From positions 62,001 to 126,000 of the forward strand of contig CBFFRP010000011.1 in the NCBI GenBank assembly GCA_965644295.1: a stretch of DNA of 64,000 nt. Direction: 5' to 3'. The notes below the pieces were generated by a model. The model was not told the origin of the DNA. It saw only the letters and a list, made by a program, of their open reading frames with translations, and searched no databases. The DNA comes from Paraphysomonas bandaiensis (Eukaryota > Protista > Chrysophyceae). The translations under genes were made by a program, and so were the position numbers. This document shows positions 52,601 to 64,000 of this stretch, piece by piece. Numbering within the stretch: position 1 is the first letter of the stretch; every line of letters begins with the position of its first letter.

Positions 52601-55600
52601 AAAACATTCTAGACTAACCGCTTTTCTGGACTTATCATTGACTTCTTTGCGAGAGCATTCAGCAGTTCCTCCCCCTTCACCTAAGCACACTTGAGATCCA
52701 CTCCAATGCACATGTTTCACATACCTCCCCTAAGAGTTCGTTTGCCTTTAACTCCGCCATCGAGAGTAAAACTTCTTCACGGTTTTCACGAGTGAAGGTA
52801 ATATCTCGACTTACATTGTCAAGAGTGTTGGTACCTACGCCAGGTTGGTCACCTCTATCTTCCTTCGGGCCACCCTACATGCTGTAAGGAGTGGTGCATC
52901 CGGTACGCATACAACGTACCTGTCTTTGCTGTGTAGCATATGCTACCCACAGTAAGGATTCCCTCTCATACACTTCCTGTTTTGAAGCTTGAAGTGGATT
53001 GATTCTCGCGTATTTATTGGGTTTATCTTTTTTTCCTGATTGGCCTTCGAGAAGCTTCTTGTCATCATGCAGACTGTAATCTAGGTCTCGAACATTCATT
53101 AGAGCTGTATCAAGTCCAAGACCTGTTGCACGAAATCTATCGTTGGCGTCATGCACAGGATGATGCATGGCCCCACATAGCATGGAGGAATAAGCTATTG
53201 CACCCCAATTGGACTTCTCTCGAATCGCCTTCGTAATCACAAGTCAAAGCATGTCATCGGTAGCAAGGCATAGCGCATTATATAATACACTACGAAATAT
53301 ATATTGCAATAAAATTTTAACTAACCTTAACGGTCTTTAAGTGACCTCCAATGGCGCTGTGAATGCTATTTTCAGAGCGATCATGTTTATTATCGAAAGG
53401 AGGTATATCACAAAGGATATCTCTCACACTGGCTTCATAGGTACCACGATCTTTCTTCTATGAAGACAAAAGTCATCGCATAATCACACGACATCTAAAC
53501 AATGAAAAGTAACATACCATTTCAGTGTTTTCGTGGAGGTTTCCATGTTGCCGTGTTTCACGACTGCTTTTTATCCCCGCCATGCTGCCATTAATTGCCT
53601 GTCGTGCATCTTCAAGCGATAACAATGGTTTTTTACGACCAGTAAGATGATCCAAGAGCCTTTTAGACCGGGAAAGAGATTCCATTCGCACACTCTATGG
53701 ACATCTAATAAACACAGAGCAAACACGTAATATATATCAACATACTTGATTCTCCTTCCATTGCGACTGAGATGTCAAGTACTCGTCAAGCAACACGGCT
53801 GCCTGCTGCTTTGACTGAAAGTACTCCTGAAATTTTCTGCGGGGGTTTGAGCGCCCTTCCATATTACTCCCCGCAACTCCCCTGGAAGGTTTAGCTCCAG
53901 GATGGGTGTAGTCAATTTCGTACTGTTGTCTGTACAAATTGTCCTTTTCTATTTGCTTCTTCTTGGCTTCATCCTTAACACGGTCCATTAGCTGAACCAA
54001 TGATAATGCATCAGGAGCTGCCAGGGAATTCTCACAATCATCTGAAACCACTTATCCACAGAGGTCTACAAATTGCTTATTACTACCTACCTAATTCGAG
54101 CACAGGGATTCGACGAGAGGTAATGGCGTTAAAATGTTCCAGCATTTCGGCCTGAAGCTGTGAGATTTTAGCTTCAGTCTCATCTGCTTCGCCGCTACGT
54201 TTCCTCTCGTTTTCTTTTGGGTCTGATACGCACATCATTACTATACCACTGAAAACAACAGTAATATCTACCTTTGGATGTCTGTAATTTCTTTTTTTCT
54301 CGGGCTGCAAGCATCAATCGTCGTTTCCTCCAGCATTTTTGAATTATTCTGTAATTAACACGTTACTACCTCATGTTCACGTTCTTGTAAGCTTACTTGG
54401 CTGATGATCCGCTTCGTAGTCTCTCAAATTCCAAGAAATTTTGCACTGGGAGGTGTCTCAGCAGTGCGAGTTCCTTCTCTTGATTTCTAATACGTCTGTA
54501 CGATGGCAATCAACCAAACCTAGATTAATATTCGTGAGTGTTACCGTAGCCGTTTAGCACGCTCTTTCTCTTGCTGGATACAAATTTTCATTCGATTTAG
54601 ATCTTCTTTGTACTTGATCCGATTCAACCGACCGCGGGAAACACGTTGAATCTCTACAGCTGCGATCCGCTCACGTTTGCGTTGTTTACGAGTTCGCCTG
54701 CCATTATTACATCTTGTCATCATATAAAAACGCACGAGTGCAACATTCATACCATCCTCTGTAGGTACTCTGTAGCTTCAATACAGCTGAGGGAGGTTCA
54801 AGTATTTTCTTTCCTCCGACATGCCCTTGTTCAACTGCTCGCTGGCGTTTTTTTCTTCGTATGCGTCTCTGACGAGGAGCAGAAGCGGCTTCCAGGTCTA
54901 AAAGATTTTTTCTTAAGTCCGATGGTAGAAGTACTCTAGATAGTGCGATTACGAATTGTGTAACGGTGATGTATCGCTTGTCACCAACACTCCTCGGGTC
55001 AGGCTGATGAGATGCATCGTCAGATTTACTCTCAATATTAATACGCGTCTCCTTAGAACCCGCAGAGTTGCTTTCGATTGGAAGTAATAAAAGCTCCAAC
55101 AGATCGTCTACATTCGCTGACCCTTGTTCTGTTTTCTCATTCGAAGAAATACTCGTCGATTGGGACATTTTATTAAACAAAGCTTTCTTGAGCTCTTCTA
55201 TATTCGAAAAAATTTGCTTCGCACATTCGTCATTCACACAATATCCAAAAGCAGCACAAAAACGTCGAAATCCATTAAGACCTATTCTTTTAGTCATGCC
55301 AGGAGGCCTAAAAGTAACAGAGGACTTGTCCAATGCATCAACCTGAGCGGCATTGTGAAGTATGGCAACTAATCGGGACTCTTCAATAAGGCCTTCACGG
55401 ATAAGAGTACGTATGTTCATAATCAATTGTTTGAAGGAACTCACTGAGCCGGAGGCGTCAGACTTAGAGGCATTTTCTGTGCATTTAGATGAATGCAACA
55501 CCATGTCTCGCACTGCCTCTACGAAAGGGTGGTTCTTAACATCGTTTTCACCAGAAGAAAGAGGCGTAGACTTGCTTGTATAATTCTCAAAAGTGGTCGT

Positions 55601-58600
55601 AAGAAGTTGCTGAACATCGCTGATATCTATTAGTCTTAGATCTGTTTCGCACTTCAGAGTGTGTAATTCTTTCGGATTACGAAACTTCGTACTGCACAGT
55701 CCAAGCGCATCAAGAACTAAAACATAGTCATGGAGATTAAATACCGCACAGGCCTCGCGCTGCCGTGACCAACTACCAAAATATTTACATAACATGCTAA
55801 TGTCAGAAACATCTTTCGACCCACTGAAAGAATCAACCTTCTCAAATACAGGATAGAAGACTTCAACAACAGCTTCACAAAACATTTTATAGACAGCATC
55901 CGATTGACGTTCTAACCCAATATAATGAAGCCAAAGATTCATATCGATAGTAAAATCCGTGTCACCTTCAGGTGACACTACTTTCCCGTCAAGTAAATCA
56001 AGAAACTCCAAATAATCTATCTCGCCATCGTTCGTGGAATCACAGTGCCTAAACACCACTGAGACCTCCTCCTCACTCAAATCCAAACCCAATGAATCTA
56101 GACCCTTGCGAAACTCAGTGAGATCTACAGTCTTACTATCATCTGTATCCAAGTCTGCAAACAATGCCTTCAACTTGTTCCGACTTGCCTCACGACCACC
56201 TGCCTCGCGATTCAGCTTGTGCTGGATGGCTGGTATCAACTCTTCAAAACTGCGAGCACGCTTACCAGAACCACTACCAGATTTAATTGGACGTAACATT
56301 TTCGAAGAAACCCCCTTCTCTGAATCACCATCATCATAGTCAACGTTATATAACATCTCCACCTTGCCGCCTACTTTCTTCTGACTGCGACCCACTATTA
56401 TACCAGAAAACCAAGTACCCTCCCCACCAAAGTTACCCTCTACCTTATCACCAACTGAAAACTGAGTTGAACCTGATGACGCCGAACCGCTACCCGAAGG
56501 CTTCCCGTCAAGTAAATCAAGAAACTCCAAATAATCTATCTCGCCGTCGTTCGTGGAATCACAGTGCCTAAACACCACTGAGACCTCCTCCTCACTCAAA
56601 TCCAAACCCAATGAATCTAGACCCTTGCGAAACTCAGTGAGATCTACAGTCTTACTATCATCTGTGTCCAAGTCTGCAAACAATGCCTTCAACTTGTTCC
56701 GACTTGCCTCACGACCACCTGCCTCGCGATTCAGTTTGTGCTGGATGGCTGGTATCAACTCTTCAAAACTGCGAGCACGCTTACCAGAACCACTACCAGA
56801 TTTAATTGGACGTAACATTTTCGAAGAAACCCCCTTCTCTGAATCACCATCATCATAGTCAACGTTATATAACATCTCCACCTTGCCGCCTACTTTCTTC
56901 TGACTGCGACCCACTATTATACCAGGAAACCAAGTACCCTCCCCACCAAAGTTACCCTCTACCTTATCACCAACTGAAAACTGAGTTGAACCTGATGACG
57001 CCGAACCGCTACCCGAAGGCTTCCCGTCAAGTAAATCAAGAAACTCCAAATAATCTATCTCGCCATCGTTCGTGGAATCACAGTGCCTAAACACCACTGA
57101 GACCTCCTCCTCACTCAAATCCAAACCCAATGAATCTAGACCCTTGCGAAACTCAGTGAGATCTACAGTCTTACTATCATCTGTATCCAAGTCTGCAAAC
57201 AATGCCTTCAACTTGTTCCGACTTGCCTCACGACCACCTGCCTCGCGATTCAGCTTGTGCTGGATGGCTGGTATCAACTCTTCAAAACTGCGAGCACGCT
57301 TACCAGAACCACTACCAGATTTAATTGGACGTAACATTTTCGAAGAAACCCCCTTCTCTGAATCACCATCATCATAGTCAACGTTATATAACATCTCCAC
57401 CTTGCCGCCTACTTTCTTCTGACTGCGACCCACTATTATACCAGGAAACCAAGTACCCTCCCCACCAAAGTTACCCTCTACCTTATCACCAACTGAAAAC
57501 TGAGTTGAACCTGATGACGCCGAACCGCTACCCGAAGGCTTCCCGTCAAGTAAATCAAGAAACTCCAAATAATCTATCTCGCCATCGTTCGTGGAATCAC
57601 AGTGCCTAAACACCACTGAGACCTCCTCCTCACTCAAATCCAAACCCAATGAATCTAGACCCTTGCGAAACTCAGTGAGATCTACAGTCTTACTATCATC
57701 TGTATCCAAGTCTGCAAACAATGCCTTCAACTTGTTCCGACTTGCCTCACGACCACCTGCCTCGCGATTCAGCTTGTGCTGGATGGCTGGTATCAACTCT
57801 TCAAAACTGCGAGCACGCTTACCAGAACCACTACCAGATTTAATTGGACGTAACATTTTCGAAGAAACCCCCTTCTCTGAATCACCATCATCATAGTCAA
57901 CGTTATATAACATCTCCACCTTGCCGCCTATTTTCTTCTGACTGCGACCCACTATTATACCAGGAAACCAAGTACCCTCCCCACCAAAGTTACCCTCTAC
58001 CTTATCACCAACTGAAAACTGAGTTGAACCTGATGACGCCGAACCGCTACCCGAAGGCTTCCCGTCAAGTAAATCAAGAAACTCCAAATAATCTATCTCG
58101 CCATCGTTCGTGGAATCACAGTGCCTAAACACCACTGAGACCTCCTCCTCACTCAAATCCAAACCCAATGAATCTAGACCCTTGCGAAACTCAGTGAGAT
58201 CTACAGTCTTACTATCATCTGTATCCAAGTCTGCAAACAATGCCTTCAACTTGTTCCGACTTGCCTCACGACCACCTGCCTCGCGATTCAGCTTGTGCTG
58301 GATGGCTGGTATCAACTCTTCAAAACTGCGAGCACGCTTACCAGAACCACTACCAGATTTAATTGGACGTAACATTTTCGAAGAAACCCCCTTCTCTGAA
58401 TCACCATCATCATAGTCAACGTTATATAACATCTCCACCTTGCCGCCTACTTTCTTCTGACTGCGACCCACTATTATACCAGGAAACCAAGTACCCTCCC
58501 CACCAAAGTTACCCTCTACCTTATCACCAACTGAAAACTGAGTTGAACCTGATGACGCCGAACCGCTACCCGAAGGCTTCCCGTCAAGTAAATCAAGAAA

Positions 58601-61600
58601 CTCCAAATAATCTATCTCGCCATCGTTCGTGGAATCACAGTGCCTAAACACCACTGAGACCTCCTCCTCACTCAAATCCAAACCCAATGAATCTAGACCC
58701 TTGCGAAACTCAGTGAGATCTACAGTCTTACTATCATCTGTATCCAAGTCTGCAAACAATGCCTTCAACTTGTTCCGACTTGCCTCACGACCACCTGCCT
58801 CGCGATTCAGCTTGTGCTGGATGGCTGGTATCAACTCTTCAAAACTGCGAGCACGCTTACCAGAACCACTACCAGATTTAATTGGACGTAACATTTTCGA
58901 AGAAACCCCCTTCTCTGAATCACCATCATCATAGTCAACGTTATATAACATCTCCACCTTGCCGCCTACTTTCTTCTGACTGCGACCCACTATTATACCA
59001 GGAAACCAAGTACCCTCCCCACCAAAGTCACCCTCTACCTTATCACCAACTGAAAACTGAGTTGAACCTGATGACGCCGAACCGCTACCCGAAGGCTTCC
59101 CGTCAAGTAAATCAAGAAACTCCAAATAATCTATCTCGCCATCGTTCGTGGAATCACAGTGCCTAAACACCACTGAGACCTCCTCCTCACTCAAATCCAA
59201 ACCCAATGAATCTAGACCCTTGCGAAACTCAGTGAGGTCTACAGTCTTACTATCATCTGTGTCCAAGTCTGCAAACAATGCCTTCAACTTGTTCCGACTT
59301 GCCTCACGACCACCTGCCTCGCGATTCAGCTTGTGCTGGATGGCTGGTATCAACTCTTCAAAACTGCGAGCCTGTAGGGTCTGCTTCATTTCGATTTTTG
59401 ACGGTGTATGTCGTTTTATACTTTCCGTTCTTCTCAGGTCTATGGCTTTGTACTTGCCAGAATAATAGTCAAACACTCTATGGTGAAGTGAACTTGTGTC
59501 TTGCCCAAGATTTAATGAAGAAATGACATGGCCGAATTCATTTTCATCAAGATGATCTGGTAGTGTGGTCATCAATTCCATACCTTTTTTTTCATCTATA
59601 ACTTCGGCACGTGTACTGTTATTTGTTTTGTTACGTCGCAATTTGCATTCCGTAATACTTCGATCAATTATATCATTGAATTCAAACGGACTATTTGAAA
59701 ACTTCGATAATACCATCTCCTTTAACTCTTCATTGGACCTCTCATACATCAGTAACTCCATATCAATCTCATCAACATATAAAAAATCAATAAAACTCGC
59801 AAAAGACAAACGAGAACTTCCTGCAGAGAGCAAGCGTGTAAAAACCACTGAGACCTCATCCTCACTCAAATCCAAACCCAATGAATCTAGACCCTTGCGA
59901 AACTCAGTGAGATCTACAGTCTTACTATCATCTGTGTCCAAGTCTGCAAACAATGCCTTCAACTTGTTCCGACTTGCCTCACGACCACCTGCCTCGCGAT
60001 TCAGCTTGTGCTGGATGGCTGGTATCAACTCTTCAAAACTGCGAGCACGCTTACCAGAACCACTACCAGATTTAATTGGACGTAACATTTTCGAAGAAAC
60101 CCCCTTCTCTGAATCACCATCATCATAGTCAACGTTATATAACATCTCCACCTTGCCGCCTACTTTCTTCTGAATGCGACCCACTATTATACCAGGAAAC
60201 CAAGTACCCTCCCCACCAAAGTTACCCTCTACCTTATCACCAACTGAAAACTGAGTTGAACCTGATGACGCCGAACCGCTACCCGAAGGCTTCCCGTCAA
60301 GTAAATCAAGAAACTCCAAATAATCTATCTCGCCATTGTTCGTGGAATCACAGTGCCTAAACACCACTGAGACCTCCTCCTCACTCAAATCCAAACCCAA
60401 TGAATCTAGACCCTTGCGAAACTCAGTGAGGTCTACAGTCTTACTATCATCTGTGTCCAAGTCTGCAAACAATGCCTTCAACTTGTTCCGACTTGCCTCA
60501 CGACCACCTGCCTCGCGATTCAGCTTGTGCTGGATGGCTGGTATCAACTCTTCAAAACTGCGAGCACGCTTACCAGAACCACTACCAGATTTAATTGGAC
60601 GTAACATTTTCGAAGAAACCCCCTTCTCTGAATCACCATTATCATAGTCAACGTTATATAACATCTCCACCTTGCCGCCTACTTTCTTCTGACTGCGACC
60701 CACTATTATACCAGGAAACCAAGTACCCTCCCCACCAAAGTTACCCTCTACCTTATCACCAACTGAAAACTGAGTTGAACCTGATGACGCCGAACCGCTA
60801 CCCGAAGGCTTCCCGTCAAGTAAATCAAGAAACTCCAAATAATCTATCTCGCCGTCGTTCGTGGAATCACAGTGCCTAAACACCACTGAGACCTCCTCCT
60901 CACTCAAATCCAAACCCAATGAATCTAGACCCTTGCGAAACTCAGTGAGGTCTACAGTCTTACTATCATCTGTGTCCAAGTCTGCAAACAATGCCTTCAA
61001 CTTGTTCCGACTTGCCTCACGACCACCTGCCTCGCGATTCAGCTTGTGCTGGATGGCTGGTATCAACTCTTCAAAACTGCGAGCACGCTTACCAGAACCA
61101 CTACCAGATTTAATTGGACGTAACATTTTCGAAGAAACCCCCTTCTCTGAATCACCATCATCATAGTCAACGTTATATAACATCTCCACCTTGCCGCCTA
61201 CTTTCTTCTGACTGCGACCCACTATTATACCAGGAAACCAAGTACCCTCCCCACCAAAGTTACCCTCTACCTTATCACCAACTGAAAACTGAGTTGAACC
61301 TGATGACGCCGAACCGCTACCCGAAGGCTTCCCGTCAAGTAAATCAAGAAACTCCAAATAATCTATCTCGCCATCGTTCGTGGAATCACAGTGCCTAAAC
61401 ACCACCGAGACCTCCTCCTCACTCAAATCCAAACCCAATGAATCTAGACCCTTGCGAAACTCAGTGAGGTCTACAGTCTTACTATCATCTGTGTCCAAGT
61501 CTGCAAACAATGCCTTCAACTTGTTCCGACTTGCCTCACGACCACCTGCCTCGCGATTCAGCTTGTGCTGGATGGCTGGTATCAACTCTTCAAAACTGCG

Positions 61601-64000
61601 AGCACGCTTACCAGAACCACTACCAGATTTAATTGGACGTAACATTTTCGAAGAAACCCCCTTCTCTGAATCACCATCATCATAGTCAACGTTATATAAC
61701 ATCTCCACCTTGCCGCCTACTTTCTTCTGACTGCGACCCACTATTATACCAGGAAACCAAGTACCCTCCCCACCAAAGTTACCCTCTACCTTATCACCAA
61801 CTGAAAACTGAGTTGAACCTGATGACGCCGAACCGCTACCCGAAGGCTTCCCGTCAAGTAAATCAAGAAACTCCAAATAATCTATCTCGCCATCGTTCGT
61901 GGAATCACAGTGCCTAAACACCACCGAGACCTCCTCCTCACTCAAATCCAAACCCAATGAATCTAGACCCTTGCGAAACTCAGTGAGGTCTACAGTCTTA
62001 CTATCATCTGTGTCCAAGTCTGCAAACAATGCCTTCAACTTGTTCCGACTTGCCTCACGACCACCTGCCTCGCGATTCAGCTTGTGCTGGATGGCTGGTA
62101 TCAACTCTTCAAAACTGCGAGCACGCTTACCAGAACCACTACCAGATTTAATTGGACGTAACATTTTCGAAGAAACCCCCTTCTCTGAATCACCATCATC
62201 ATAGTCAACGTTATATAACATCTCCACCTTGCCGCCTACTTTCTTCTGACTGCGACCCACTATTATACCAGGAAACCAAGTACCCTCCCCACCAAAGTTA
62301 CCCTCTACCTTATCACCAACTGAAAACTGAGTTGAACCTGATGACGCCGAACCGCTACCCGAAGGCTTCCCGTCAAGTAAATCAAGAAACTCCAAATAAT
62401 CTATCTCGCCATCGTTCGTGGAATCACAGTGCCTAAACACCACCGAGACCTCCTCCTCACTCAAATCCAAACCCAATGAATCTAGACCCTTGCGAAACTC
62501 AGTGAGGTCTACAGTCTTACTATCATCTGTGTCCAAGTCTGCAAACAATGCCTTCAACTTGTTCCGACTTGCCTCACGACCACCTGCCTCGCGATTCAGC
62601 TTGTGCTGGATGGCTGGTATCAACTCTTCAAAACTGCGAGCACGCTTACCAGAACCACTACCAGATTTAATTGGACGTAACATTTTCGAAGAAACCCCCT
62701 TCTCTGAATCACCATCATCATAGTCAACGTTATATAACATCTCCACCTTGCCGCCTACTTTCTTCTGACTGCGACCCACTATTATACCAGGAAACCAAGT
62801 ACCCTCCCCACCAAAGTTACCCTCTACCTTATCACCAACTGAAAACTGAGTTGAACCTGATGACGCCGAACCGCTACCCGAAGGCTTCCCGTCAAGTAAA
62901 TCAAGAAACTCCAAATAATCTATCTCGCCATCGTTCGTGGAATCACAGTGCCTAAACACCACCGAGACCTCCTCCTCACTCAAATCCAAACCCAATGAAT
63001 CTAGACCCTTGCGAAACTCAGTGAGGTCTACAGTCTTACTATCATCTGTGTCCAAGTCTGCAAACAATGCCTTCAACTTGTTCCGACTTGCCTCACGACC
63101 ACCTGCCTCGCGATTCAGCTTGTGCTGGATGGCTGGTATCAACTCTTCAAAACTGCGAGCACGCTTACCAGAACCACTACCAGATTTAATTGGACGTAAC
63201 ATTTTCGAAGAAACCCCCTTCTCTGAATCACCATCATCATAGTCAACGTTATATAACATCTCCACCTTGCCGCCTACTTTCTTCTGACTGCGACCCACTA
63301 TTATACCAGGAAACCAAGTACCCTCCCCACCAAAGTTACCCTCTACCTTATCACCAACTGAAAACTGAGTTGAACCTGATGACGCCGAACCGCTACCCGA
63401 AGGCTTCCCGTCAAGTAAATCAAGAAACTCCAAATAATCTATCTCGCCATCGTTCGTGGAATCACAGTGCCTAAACACCACTGAGACCTCCTCCTCACTC
63501 AAATCCAAACCCAATGAATCTAGACCCTTGCGAAACTCAGTGAGATCTACAGTCTTACTATCATCTGTGTCCAAGTCTGCAAACAATGCCTTCAACTTGT
63601 TCCGACTTGCCTCACGACCACCTGCCTCGCGATTCAGCTTGTGCTGGATGGCTGGTATCAACTCTTCAAAACTGCGAGCACGCTTACCAGAACCACTACC
63701 AGATTTAATTGGACGTAACATTTTCGAAGAAACCCCCTTCTCTGAATCACCATCATCATAGTCAACGTTATATAACATCTCCACCTTGCCGCCTACTTTC
63801 TTCTGACTGCGACCCACTATTATACCAGGAAACCAAGTACCCTCCCCACCAAAGTTACCCTCTACCTTATCACCAACTGAAAACTGAGTTGAACCTGATG
63901 ACGCCGAACCGCTACCCGAAGGCTTCCCGTCAAGTAAATCAAGAAACTCCAAATAATCTATCTCGCCATCGTTCGTGGAATCACAGTGCCTAAACACCAC
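49682..64000 (-). CDS. Giant EF-hand/Tudor-like tandem-repeat protein with C-terminal IQ motifs (5' end outside window)
   Basis: Exon of at least 9.2 kb; splices in frame to give LQSTYRGWRTR..EIQRVSRGR; further exons carry RIQAICRGRRGR and KIQRMFRRR; junctions near 54750 and 52190 checked in frame, others inferred; final stop uncertain. Confidence 0.8.
55983..59371 (-). repeat. 519-bp coding tandem repeat, block B (7 EF-hand pairs, 6 Tudor-like)
   Basis: Period 519 bp shown by the recurring antisense ORFs at 56034, 56553, 57072 and onward. Confidence 0.97.
59843..64000 (-). repeat. 519-bp coding tandem repeat, block A (8 Tudor-like units visible; runs to the window edge)
   Basis: Same unit, period 519 bp (60076, 60595 ... 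63709). Confidence 0.97.

Noticed and set aside
56034-63993. Repeated 101-aa and 94-aa plus-strand ORFs
   Set aside because: Antisense shadows of the 519-bp coding repeat; no independent domain signal
2560-64000. Calcium-signalling gene cluster (OSCA-like, TPC, EF-hand/IQ giant)
   Set aside because: The genes are far apart and interspersed with unrelated genes; no evidence of co-regulation

Overview
Gene-dense eukaryotic nuclear DNA: AT-rich, with mostly short (about 45-130 nt) GT-AG introns. The gene content suggests a flagellated stramenopile/ochrophyte-like protist (inference). About 18 protein-coding genes alternate strands strictly, forming eight consecutive head-to-head pairs: OSCA/TMEM63-like channel with 3 WW domains / secreted ADA2-type deaminase; ankyrin-TPR / unknown; BTB protein / Tctex-1 dynein light chain; two-pore channel / 2OG-Fe(II) oxygenase; CK1-like kinase / small putative mitochondrial protein; complex I ESSS (NDUFB11) / GT60 GlcNAc transferase; response-regulator receiver / CxxC..CxxC zinc protein; ankyrin-TM protein / ubiquitin-like Cys-repeat fusion. 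The divergent gaps carry TAC/GTA-rich micro- and minisatellites or an ACGGGYTACA motif. The transposons I can recognise all sit in convergent gaps: a full Ty1/copia element with identical 293-bp LTRs, an 800-bp non-autonomous hAT with an 8-bp TSD, hAT end remnants and a hairpin-ended element. The last 14 kb or more is one giant minus-strand gene, truncated by the window edge. It holds a near-perfect 519-bp coding tandem array (EF-hand pair + Tudor-like domain, 14 Tudor copies visible) followed by IQ motifs. Exon boundaries were read by eye, and family calls come from motif recognition, not database searches.
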